A stretch of DNA of 64,000 nt from Candidatus Woesearchaeota archaeon (lineage in GTDB: Archaea > Nanobdellota > Nanobdellia > Woesearchaeales > JABGXB01): positions 203,821-267,820 of the forward strand of contig JABGXB010000003.1 in NCBI GenBank assembly GCA_018675975.1, given 5' to 3'. The notes under the pieces are model-generated. The model did not search any database. It saw nothing but the letters and a program-made list of their open reading frames with translations, and was not told where the DNA came from. This document shows positions 49,821-58,405 of the stretch, piece after piece (the first letter of the stretch is position 1; the number at the start of each line of letters is the position of its first letter). The position numbers and the translations under genes were made by a program.

Positions 49821-50396
49821 CTAATTATTTGCTTTTCGGCCTTTAGCACGATTTGAAGGTCTTGCTTTTTCAGCTCCACTTCCTTTATTTCTCAAACCAC
49901 GAGATTTTTTACCAGCACTAGTAAGTCCACGAAATGCCCTACCTTGATGATTTAAAATCCAATTAATTTTTTTATCATTTTTAATTGCAGGATGAGCTAC
50001 GTCTACCATAATAATTTCATACCATGCAGTCTTACCATCATCATCAACTAAATATGAATTTAAAACTTCTAAATTTTTAAATTTTTTATTTGCTCTTTCT
50101 TCAGCAACTTGTCTATAACTTTTTGCAACAATTTGAAATTTTCTTCCTTTTTTAGTAGAACGTCCACCTTTAATATCAGGTCTTGAATGTCCACCTTTTT
50201 TAACCGCCTGTCTTACAAGAATATAACCTTCTTTAGCTTTATAACCTAAAGATCTAGCTCTATGTAATTTAGTAGGTTTAGAAATTTTTACTGTAACATT
50301 TTCACGTCTAAAAGCAATCAATCTATCTTTTGCAATTTTAATTGCATCGCCTTCAGGTTTATTAAATATTTTTCTTAAGTATTTGTACATACCCAT
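49821..50396 (-). CDS. rpl15e: 50S ribosomal protein L15e (eL15)
   Basis: RARSLGYKAK, AEERA, LEVLNSY, GRAFRGLTSAGKKSRGL. Confidence 0.97.
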   Translation of the reverse strand: MGMYKYLRKIFNKPEGDAIKIAKDRLIAFRRENVTVKISKPTKLHRARSLGYKAKEGYILVRQAVKKGGHSRPDIKGGRSTKKGRKFQIVAKSYRQVAEERANKKFKNLEVLNSYLVDDDGKTAWYEIIMVDVAHPAIKNDKKINWILNHQGRAFRGLTSAGKKSRGLRNKGSGAEKARPSNRAKGRKANN

Positions 50397-50492
50397 TTTA
50401 AGCCTCCATTATGTTTAATTTCTATTAACGATTCAGATAAGCTAAAATCCACATCTCATTAATATAGTGAAGATTTTTAGGGTATTTATAAA
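50397..50492 (-). promoter_or_regulatory. TATA box, ~60-nt 5' UTR and SD of rpl15e; candidate ribosomal leader
   Basis: TTTATAAA at 50485-50492, GGAGG at 50403-50407, GAAATTAAACAT at 50411-50422. Confidence 0.45.
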
Positions 50493-50509
50493 CTTGTTGT
50501 CATTTATAA

Positions 50510-50785
50510 TTAAATTAGTAAATAATATTGCTTTATACTTCTACTAACCCAAAAACAAAATATTGCTAAAATAACACCAGTAAACCAATCAAGAGCAGAA
50601 AAAGGTATAGCAATCAATAATAAAACTCCTAATAAATTAAATGCACTAGACTTAATTTTAGCCATTTTCTTTTTTAATTCATATTTTTTTTCAACTTCTT
50701 CTTTAACTTTATTATATAATTCTTTAGAAATTTTTAATTCATCTTTTTTTTTAATTGTTGATTTTTTAATAATTTTTTTTACCAT
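50510..50785 (-). CDS. Small membrane protein
   Basis: Basic N-terminus, two C-terminal TMs. Confidence 0.65.
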   Translation of the reverse strand: MVKKIIKKSTIKKKDELKISKELYNKVKEEVEKKYELKKKMAKIKSSAFNLLGVLLLIAIPFSALDWFTGVILAIFCFWVSRSIKQYYLLI

Positions 50786-50825
50786 ACAATTAATTAAATA
50801 AAATCAGTTTAAAATATTTTTGTAT

Positions 50826-52289
50826 TTACTTATAGTATTTAGAATTAAAAAGCAATTGTTCATTTGCAGGACCAGTACCGATTCCAGCAACTGGAATTCC
50901 AACATATTCTTCAACAAAATCTACAAACTCACGGGCTTGTTTCGGTAAATTATCCCAAAATTTACAATCAGTAATATCAGAACTAAATGTATCTAAATAT
51001 TCAAAAACAGGTTCAACAGCCCTAATTTTTTTATTTGTTATTGGTAATTGATCAGTTACATCATCCCCAATTCTATAATGTGTAATAACAGGAATTTTAT
51101 TTTTTTTAGTATGAGAAAATAATTGTAAACAATCAATTTTATTAATAAATAATTGAGTTGTTCCAGATATTTTAGCCATTGTTTTTAATCTTACTAAATC
51201 TAAATAACCAATAGCTCTTGGACGACCAGTTGTAACACCATATTCACCAGTTAAGATTCTAATACCTCTACCAATTAAAGCTTCATCATTTGATTCTAAT
51301 AATTGATAAGGATTAACACCATTTTTATCTAAATCACCAGTATAACCTTTAGTTTTACGATACATTTCTTCAGCAATAATACCACCCATTTCACCTACAA
51401 AAGGACCATTACCAACTCTCGAATCAATTGCTTTTACTATACCAATAATTCCTTTACAATTATGAAAATTTAAATTTGCACCAGCTGGAGCAGTTGAAGA
51501 AATTGTTCTACTACTAGTAACATTTGGCATTAAACCATAATGATTATCTAAACATGCACCATTTGAATTAATTATTAATACATTTTTACCTGAATCAACT
51601 TGATTTTGAAAATATAACATATCATCAAAAACATATTGCGAAATAAATTTTACTGCCTCATCAAATTCTTCAATTTTATCGTCAACTTCATGTTTTTTTA
51701 AATGAGTATTATTCATAATTAAAAATTCACTTAATGTTCCTTTTATTTGTTTCATACAAAAATCTTTATCACCCATATATTCACTTATTGAAATTGATAA
51801 TTGATATGTACCATCAGTTCTTAATGCACGTTTAGAATAAGCAGGACCAATACCTTTACCAGTTGTTCCGATTTTCCCACCACTTTTTGCATCTAAAAAT
51901 AATTCTAAAGGAGTTATTAAAGGACAACCACCATAAATATTTAATCTTCCCTCTAAAGAAACACCAATTTGTTTTAAATTTAAAATTTCCTCTGTTAATC
52001 CAATAGGTTCAACAACACAACCAGAACCAATTCCAAATTGTAAATGTTTATATTCAAGACCAGGAGGAAGTTGATGTATTTCACATTTTTTTCCATCAAT
52101 ATAATATGTTCCACCTGCATTTGCACCACCATTACATTTAAATGTAATATCAAACTGTGGATAAGGATTATTTTTTAATAATTGCATTTCAAATAAACTT
52201 TTAGAATTCATTATACCATAAGATTCTTTTATTTTTCCTTCATCTCCAAAACTCATTCCAGAAATAATTACAAAACCACCTGCTTCCAT
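50826..52289 (-). CDS. purA: Adenylosuccinate synthetase-like protein (divergent active site)
   Basis: GDEGK, GGANAG, IGTTGKGIGPAY, PNVTSS, RVGNGPF, EYGVTTGRPR, LPKQAREFV. Confidence 0.88.
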   Translation of the reverse strand: MEAGGFVIISGMSFGDEGKIKESYGIMNSKSLFEMQLLKNNPYPQFDITFKCNGGANAGGTYYIDGKKCEIHQLPPGLEYKHLQFGIGSGCVVEPIGLTEEILNLKQIGVSLEGRLNIYGGCPLITPLELFLDAKSGGKIGTTGKGIGPAYSKRALRTDGTYQLSISISEYMGDKDFCMKQIKGTLSEFLIMNNTHLKKHEVDDKIEEFDEAVKFISQYVFDDMLYFQNQVDSGKNVLIINSNGACLDNHYGLMPNVTSSRTISSTAPAGANLNFHNCKGIIGIVKAIDSRVGNGPFVGEMGGIIAEEMYRKTKGYTGDLDKNGVNPYQLLESNDEALIGRGIRILTGEYGVTTGRPRAIGYLDLVRLKTMAKISGTTQLFINKIDCLQLFSHTKKNKIPVITHYRIGDDVTDQLPITNKKIRAVEPVFEYLDTFSSDITDCKFWDNLPKQAREFVDFVEEYVGIPVAGIGTGPANEQLLFNSKYYK

Positions 52290-52373
52290 AGATTAAAAAA
52301 ATTCAGAACCTAATTTAAAAATTAATATGCAACTAAAAAATATAAATAACTCTTTACAAAAAACATTTTTATA

Positions 52374-52931
52374 TTATTTATTCATTAATTCATCTAATGG
52401 TATGTAAATATCATATATTTCAGGATAAACATTTTTTTTTTGAAATTTAATACCCCGTATTATATCTTCAACTCGTTTAATACCATTTTCTCCTCTTAAA
52501 TTATTAAATAATAAATGATCTAAATCCGAATCCGGGTTTTGTGATGATCTCCATATATCACTTTTTACTAAAAAATGAATACCTGGAACATCTTTTTCAT
52601 TTCCATCAAAATCTAGAGTTTTAAAAATACTATCCTTATATATAACTAAATGTCCTTTAAATAAATTTTCTTCAACAGGTTTTTGACCAACATAACACAT
52701 TGGTTCATTGAGATTAATTTTTAATATATTTGCCCTATATCGACTTGCATTTGCAATAATATTATATGGGCCTATAGTTTTTGAAACTTTATATAATCCA
52801 TTGTTCTCTAAAATTTCAGTTTCACCATAATGCACTCTAAATAAAGACGAACCTTTAGAAAGTGGTTTTCTTAATTGTGCAATTCGTGGATCCAATAAAA
52901 GTACGGAATTTTTATATTCACTCTCTTCCAT
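52374..52931 (-). CDS. Hypothetical protein
   Basis: 185-aa ORF; no motif recognised. Confidence 0.6.
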   Translation of the reverse strand: MEESEYKNSVLLLDPRIAQLRKPLSKGSSLFRVHYGETEILENNGLYKVSKTIGPYNIIANASRYRANILKINLNEPMCYVGQKPVEENLFKGHLVIYKDSIFKTLDFDGNEKDVPGIHFLVKSDIWRSSQNPDSDLDHLLFNNLRGENGIKRVEDIIRGIKFQKKNVYPEIYDIYIPLDELMNK

Positions 52932-53030
52932 AAGGTAAAATAAATAATTTCGATTATAAATATTTATATATTAAATTATACATTAATCATAATAATCTTA
53001 TTTAAAAAATAAAAAGTATTTTAAAAAACA

Positions 53031-53489
53031 ATGGAAACGTATGGTTTATTTGAAGTTGTTAAAAGAAGTGGAAAACCTAATTTAAAAACCAGTTTGGAAG
53101 AAAATGAAGAAGCAATATCGAGAATTGGTCGTTCCAAATGTATTTACACAATGTATTCTAGTATTCCAATTATTACTGCACTTGAAAATATTAAAATTAT
53201 TTTAAATAGAGAAAAACCAAATATATCATCCATAGACGATGAATATAAAATTTTATTTCAAAGTAGAGAACTTTTAGGAATGAGAGATAATACAATATCT
53301 TTTACATTATTTAATCGAGAAAGAGATTATCAAAATATTCCTAAAAAAAATAAACCAAAAAATAATACTGTAATAGAATTAAAATCAGATTATCCTCATA
53401 TTTTAACTACATATTTAGGTTTATTTTTATATCTTCATGATTTTGAAAAATATAAATTAGTTCACCATAAACTAATAGAAAAGAATTAA
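53031..53489 (+). CDS. Hypothetical protein
   Basis: 152-aa ORF; its last 29 bp recur at 55429-55457. Confidence 0.6.
   Translation: METYGLFEVVKRSGKPNLKTSLEENEEAISRIGRSKCIYTMYSSIPIITALENIKIILNREKPNISSIDDEYKILFQSRELLGMRDNTISFTLFNRERDYQNIPKKNKPKNNTVIELKSDYPHILTTYLGLFLYLHDFEKYKLVHHKLIEKN
53461..53489 (+). repeat. 29-bp direct repeat, copy 1 (copy 2 at 55429-55457)
   Basis: TTCACCATAAACTAATAGAAAA(G/A)AATTAA, one mismatch. Confidence 0.9.
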
Positions 53490-53524
53490 CTTATTTTATA
53501 TACTAGTACTTTGATTATTATAAT

Positions 53525-53974
53525 ATGATTAAATTAAAATTATTTAAACAATCAAATGGATATTGTGGACCTGCTTGTCTAAAAATGATTTTATCTTTTT
53601 ATGAAATAAATAAATCAGAAAAATATTTAGCAAAAATAACAAAAACAAGTAGAATTAAAGGATGTAAAGAAAAAAATATTATTAAAGCTGCAAAAGAATT
53701 TGGATTAAAAGGTTATATTAAACAAAATTCTTCTATTCATGAATTAAAACAATTAATTAAAAAAAAAAATCCTGTGATTATTAATTGGTTTTCACCTGAA
53801 GAAGCTGGACATTATTCTGTAGTGATTGGTTTTAAAAATGATAAAATATTTTTAGCAGATCCACATTTTGGAAAAATAAAAAAACATAAAATCGAATGGT
53901 TTGAACAAAGGTGGTTTGATTTACCATTTCATCCAAAAGGTCCTGTTTTAAAAGAAATTATTGTATTAAAATGA
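53525..53974 (+). CDS. Stand-alone C39 family cysteine peptidase
   Basis: QSNGYCGPACL, GHYSVV, LADP. Confidence 0.88.
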   Translation: MIKLKLFKQSNGYCGPACLKMILSFYEINKSEKYLAKITKTSRIKGCKEKNIIKAAKEFGLKGYIKQNSSIHELKQLIKKKNPVIINWFSPEEAGHYSVVIGFKNDKIFLADPHFGKIKKHKIEWFEQRWFDLPFHPKGPVLKEIIVLK

Positions 53975-54436
53975 TTCTTTAAAATCTACTAAAATTTTTA
54001 CTGATGTATGAGCTTTTAAAAATTCAGTTAATTTGGATTCATTTTTATATAATAAAGTAGAATTTTTTAATCTTTTGTAACCTCTTTGAGAAACATCATC
54101 ACATTGATTTGTAACTTTATCCACTTCAAATTTTTTATAAATTTTATTCATAGCAGATTCAAAAGTAATAATGTGTATACCATATTCTTTTTTAAGAAAA
54201 TCAGCTTTGCATATTATATGTGGACTAATTTGAGCAAAGCTCCCAGTATGTAAATAAGTTTCAATACAACTTCCTAATTCAACTATAACATCCTTTGTAA
54301 ATCTTGGTTCAAATTCATCTAACATCAAATCAATTGTACTAAATACTTCAGGAAACATAGAATTAACTTTAGCATGAGTTAAATCTTGCTTAGCTAATAG
54401 TCCTTTCAAATGTATAACATAATCAGTCTTATTCAT
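53966..54436 (-). CDS. Hypothetical protein
   Basis: 156-aa ORF with TTTATAAA about 22 bp upstream. Confidence 0.6.
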   Translation of the reverse strand: MNKTDYVIHLKGLLAKQDLTHAKVNSMFPEVFSTIDLMLDEFEPRFTKDVIVELGSCIETYLHTGSFAQISPHIICKADFLKKEYGIHIITFESAMNKIYKKFEVDKVTNQCDDVSQRGYKRLKNSTLLYKNESKLTEFLKAHTSVKILVDFKESF

Positions 54437-54480
54437 TACAATACGTGAAATTTGAAATTTATAAAGCTTTACATGGTGGG

Positions 54481-54712
54481 AAAAATTAAAATCTATCCCA
54501 ATAATTAATATAAAGATTTTCTAATTCCCACGAATCAGGAAAACTATCAAAAGTTTTTACATCTATTAAACTTTTGTAAAGTGATAATATATTATATTTC
54601 ATATTAAATCAAAAAATAATTTAAAAGAATTAATTACAAAGATTGTCTATAATTTTCTTTTTGTTCTTCTGGAAACGTATATGCTGGATGATGTAAATAT
54701 ACAATGGTAATT
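54481..54712 (-). pseudogene. Permuted fragments of the SMUG-type UDG gene (5' end plus upstream DNA joined to 3' end)
   Basis: 54481-54625 matches 55972-56116 (5 mismatches including GAA to TAA stop); 54628-54712 matches 55452-55537. Confidence 0.9.
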
Positions 54713-54872
54713 TAAAAACAGAGCTTCCTGGAAATCTTCAAAATAAAAAATAATTTTTAAAAATATTTTGAAAGATAATTAAATTTAATATTGATAAAAT
54801 ATTAAAAATAGAAAATGCAATTATTATTAGAATAATAAAAATTATTAGTTTTTAGCCTAGGTAATAGAAACA

Positions 54873-54903
54873 TTTATATAGTAAGTAAGATTTATCTTAC
54901 TTA
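54873..54903 (+). promoter_or_regulatory. TATA box and palindromic operator of the TA operon
   Basis: TTTATATA at 54873-54880, then perfect inverted repeat TAAGTAAGAT-TT-ATCTTACTTA (54882-54903). Confidence 0.75.
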
Positions 54904-54911
54904 TATTTAAA

Positions 54912-55178
54912 ATGGATATAAGCATAACTAAAATGAGTTCAAAAGGTCAAATTGTAATTCCTGTTGAAATGAGAAGAAATATTAAAGAAGGAGAGAAACT
55001 AATTATAATTCAAAATAAAGATCAAATAATTATGAAAAAAGCGAGTTCATTAGATCAAACTTTTAATGAAGAATTAGAATTTGCTAAAAGAACAGAAGAA
55101 GCAGTCAAAAGAATTGAAAGTAATAAAGGAATTAAAATGGAATTTGATGATTTTATTAATGAAATGAAAAAGTGGTAA
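54912..55178 (+). CDS. AbrB/MazE/SpoVT-family antitoxin
   Basis: TKMSSKGQIVIP.EMR...KEGE motif. Confidence 0.9.
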   Translation: MDISITKMSSKGQIVIPVEMRRNIKEGEKLIIIQNKDQIIMKKASSLDQTFNEELEFAKRTEEAVKRIESNKGIKMEFDDFINEMKKW

Positions 55179-55414
55179 AGGTAATATTTGATCAAAATTT
55201 TAAAAAATATTTTAAAAAAATAAAAAATAGTTCCATCAAAGAAAAAATTATTAAACAGATTTCAAAAATTAAAGATAATCCTGAAATTGGTAAACCTATG
55301 AAATATTCAAGAAAAGGAACTAGAGAATTGTATATTAAACCTTACAGAATTTCATATAAAGTTGAAAAAAACACAATTTTTATTTTTGATTTATATCACA
55401 AAGATGATCAATAA
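55172..55414 (+). CDS. RelE/ParE-family toxin
   Basis: NPEIGKPM...TRELYIKPYRISY...YHKD; overlaps antitoxin, GTG start. Confidence 0.85.
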   Translation: MVKVIFDQNFKKYFKKIKNSSIKEKIIKQISKIKDNPEIGKPMKYSRKGTRELYIKPYRISYKVEKNTIFIFDLYHKDDQ

Positions 55415-55428
55415 ATTGTATATTTTAA

Positions 55429-55457
55429 TTCACCATAAACTAATAGAAAAAAATTAA
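55429..55457 (+). repeat. 29-bp direct repeat, copy 2
   Basis: Matches 53461-53489. Confidence 0.9.
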
Positions 55458-56093
55458 TTACAAAGATTGTCTATAATTTTCTTTTTGTTCCTCTGGAAAC
55501 GTATATGCTGGATGATGTAAGTATGCAATAGGTAATTCACTAAAATTTTTTCTCATAAAACTCTCACTCCCCCTTCCAATACAAATAACACCCTTTGGAT
55601 TAAACATATCAATTGATTTTTTAATAAATTCTTTTGAAAACTCATAAGCCCCTTCATGTTTCATTATATCTCTAAATTTAACATTTCGTCTTCCATCTTC
55701 AACAACACCAAATGGAAAAACATTTGTCAAAAAATACTTAGAAAAAAAATCATCAAACTCATATAATTCTTGAATCATTGAAAATATTTTTGTTGCAGTT
55801 CCTTCAGTTTCAAGAACACCACTTAAACTTTTATATCCTAATTTATTTACTAAAGTATTTTCATCAGTAAAAGCAATACCAGTTTTATTACAACCCATCC
55901 TTCCTGGATTTAATCCAATAATTAAATTTCTACTCTCCTCTTGTTTAAAATCACTATAAAATTTATCTATAAAAAATTCAAATCTATCCCAATAATTAAT
56001 ATAAGGATTTTCTAATTCCCACGAATCAGGAAAACTATCAAAAGTTTTTACATCTATTAAACTTTTGTAAAGGGATAATATATCATATTTCAT
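55458..56093 (-). CDS. SMUG-like uracil-DNA glycosylase superfamily protein
   Basis: IGLNPGRMGCNKTGIAFTD (cf. SMUG GxNPG..G...TG.PF), C-terminal LHHP. Confidence 0.8.
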   Translation of the reverse strand: MKYDILSLYKSLIDVKTFDSFPDSWELENPYINYWDRFEFFIDKFYSDFKQEESRNLIIGLNPGRMGCNKTGIAFTDENTLVNKLGYKSLSGVLETEGTATKIFSMIQELYEFDDFFSKYFLTNVFPFGVVEDGRRNVKFRDIMKHEGAYEFSKEFIKKSIDMFNPKGVICIGRGSESFMRKNFSELPIAYLHHPAYTFPEEQKENYRQSL

Positions 56094-56144
56094 GTTAAAT
56101 CAAAAAATAATTTAAATATAAAGATTATTGTGATTAAAAGAAAA

Positions 56145-56215
56145 TGCGCCTGCTGGGATTCGAACCCAGGCCAGAAGCTTGGAAGGCTCCGATTCTACCA
56201 CTAAACTACAGGCGC
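56145..56215 (-). tRNA. tRNA-Gly(TCC)
   Basis: GCGCCTG/CAGGCGC acceptor, GGAGC-CT TCC AA-GCTTC anticodon arm, GTTCGAATC T-loop. Confidence 0.96.
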
Positions 56216-56292
56216 TTAACACATATCATTTTTATATACTTTTTATAAAATTAACTAAAGCATTTTTAAAGAGTATACATTTTTTTATATTC

Positions 56293-57339
56293 ATGATTCC
56301 TGAAAATATAATTGAAGATTTTAGAAATAAAATTAATGAATCTAAAAAACCATTAGTCTTTTTTCATGATGATGCAGATGGACTATGTGCGTTTTTACAA
56401 TTTATAAAATTCTCTACTGCAAAAACTAAAGGAGTTATGTTAAAAACAAGACCACAACTTGCAAAATCATATGCAGATATAATTAATGATTATAATCCTG
56501 ATCATGTTTTTGTATTCGATATTGCACTTTTTGAAGAAGAATTATTAGAAAAAATAAATATTCCTATTACATGGTTAGATCATCATGACATATTACATAC
56601 TAAAAAAATAAATTATATTAATCCCAAAATGTATGAACCAAAAGATAATTGGCCTGTAAGCTATTGGATGTATCAAATTACAAAAATTGATCCATGGTTA
56701 GCAATGGTAGGTTCACTTGCAGATGGAATGCTTCCACCAATCGAAAAAGAACTCTTATTAAAATATCCTGAATTAAAAATAGAAAAAAATGAACATAAAG
56801 AAAAAAGATTAAATTATTTATATCATTCAAAAATTGGATGGATTTACAAATTAATTAATAATTTATTAAAAGGAAGTGGAAAAGAATTAATGCAACATAT
56901 TAAATTATTAAAACAAATTAATTCACCATATGAATTAACTGAACAAAGTACAGTTATTGCAAAATATTTAATTGAACAAAATCAAAAAATTGAAAATGAA
57001 TATGAAAAATTAAAAGATGAATTAAATAAATTAAATTATAATAAATCATTAATACCATTCATATATGAAACTAAAGGACTTTCTTTTACAAAAGAAATTG
57101 CAAATGAATTATGTCATAAATATCCAAATAAATTAATTATTGTAGGAAAGAAAAAAAATGGCTTAATTAAAATGTCTTTAAGATGGAATAAAGACATTAG
57201 ACCAGTTCTAAAAAAAGCTTTATTAGGTTTTGATAATGCATGGGGAGGCGGACATAGTTTTGCATGTGGTTGTTGTGTTAAAGAAAAAGATTATCAAAAA
57301 TTTGAAGAAAACTTATTTGATCAAATAATAAGTTATTAA
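56293..57339 (+). CDS. DHH family phosphoesterase with DHHA1 domain
   Basis: HDDADG, LDHH, SLR, GGGH..ACG; start reset to MIPENI because the longer ORF overlaps tRNA-Gly. Confidence 0.88.
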   Translation: MIPENIIEDFRNKINESKKPLVFFHDDADGLCAFLQFIKFSTAKTKGVMLKTRPQLAKSYADIINDYNPDHVFVFDIALFEEELLEKINIPITWLDHHDILHTKKINYINPKMYEPKDNWPVSYWMYQITKIDPWLAMVGSLADGMLPPIEKELLLKYPELKIEKNEHKEKRLNYLYHSKIGWIYKLINNLLKGSGKELMQHIKLLKQINSPYELTEQSTVIAKYLIEQNQKIENEYEKLKDELNKLNYNKSLIPFIYETKGLSFTKEIANELCHKYPNKLIIVGKKKNGLIKMSLRWNKDIRPVLKKALLGFDNAWGGGHSFACGCCVKEKDYQKFEENLFDQIISY

Positions 57340-57783
57340 TTATTTATTTGGACAAGTCATACAACGTCTTATTCCACCACTTCTTGCCATATTACAACAA
57401 GCACCATAATTACCTGAAGAACTTGGTCCATTCCCACTAGAATAATTTGAACTTGGTGTAAATGTTCCTGACACTTTATAATCTGAAGGTTGATGACTAG
57501 TTGGACTAGCTTGAGGTGCTAAAGGAGTCGAATGATTAGAAATATTTCTAGAATTTATATTAGAAAAATCACTATTAGAATTATGTGAAACTTTTTGAGG
57601 TCCACTCAATTCCAAATTAACTTTTTTATTAGTAGTAGGAATAATTTTTTCTTTAATTATTTTACCATCTGGTTTATATTCCTCTTTTTCAACAATTACT
57701 TCAGTTTCATTTTTTTTAGAACTATCACTATTTAAATAAAATCCATCGAATTTCTTTTTAAATAGATTATTTGAAACTGTCAT
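57340..57783 (-). CDS. Hypothetical low-complexity protein with C-terminal Cys cluster
   Basis: S/P/N-rich linker ending CCNMARSGGIRRCMTCP. Confidence 0.6.
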   Translation of the reverse strand: MTVSNNLFKKKFDGFYLNSDSSKKNETEVIVEKEEYKPDGKIIKEKIIPTTNKKVNLELSGPQKVSHNSNSDFSNINSRNISNHSTPLAPQASPTSHQPSDYKVSGTFTPSSNYSSGNGPSSSGNYGACCNMARSGGIRRCMTCPNK

Positions 57784-57891
57784 TTTTTATGCGCGTATAT
57801 ACTATAATGCATTCATTATTTATAAAAGAAAATTAAAAAAAAGGTCATAATATGTGACAAATGTGACATAAATCCCATTATTATAAAAAAA

Positions 57892-58332
57892 TTATTTATT
57901 TTTAAGAATTAAACTTCCAGATTCAATAGGATAATCATGAGGAGTTATAATCCCATCAACACGTGATAAAGAATTAATATTAAGTAAACGAGTATAATTC
58001 ATAATAAGCATATCAAAATGAGTGGTTTTTTCTTTAGTTTCACCTAAAAAACTATAATGTTTATTCCCATTTGGACTCATACCATGATTTGACCATAATC
58101 TTCCTGGAAAAAGTGATCGCGTTAAATATTGCATAAAATTCTTTACTATATCATCATGAATACCATAATATTTAGGAAAATTTTCAGCTATAATAACTTT
58201 TTCTTCCCGAGTTACCTCCTGAAAGAATAAACTATCTAAGCCATTAAAATCACGAGATTCTTCACATAAACAAATTTGATAAAAACCAAAATTACTAAAA
58301 TCTATTTTTGTTTCTTTTAAAAGATTTGACAT
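57892..58332 (-). CDS. Hypothetical protein
   Basis: 146-aa ORF with AGGTGG SD upstream. Confidence 0.6.
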   Translation of the reverse strand: MSNLLKETKIDFSNFGFYQICLCEESRDFNGLDSLFFQEVTREEKVIIAENFPKYYGIHDDIVKNFMQYLTRSLFPGRLWSNHGMSPNGNKHYSFLGETKEKTTHFDMLIMNYTRLLNINSLSRVDGIITPHDYPIESGSLILKNK

Positions 58333-58405
58333 AAAACCACCTAAAAATAAATATAATAATATCTTAATAAATATTATTATTAAACAATAGATATAAACAA
58401 AAAAC

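Noticed and set aside
50826-52289. PurZ (Z-base synthesis) assignment
   Set aside because: The catalytic Asp of GDEGK is retained whereas PurZ has Ser there; no dATPase/MazZ-like neighbours recognised
52300-56145. Classical tRNA-integrated element (attL/attR at tRNA-Gly)
   Set aside because: No duplicate of the tRNA 3' end and no integrase seen in the window
56179-56292. N-terminal extension of the DHH ORF
   Set aside because: Overlaps tRNA-Gly (antisense) and the promoter; likely start is ATG 56293
57852-57870. Short direct repeat ATGTGACA x2 in an intergenic region
   Set aside because: Too short to distinguish from chance; no supporting context
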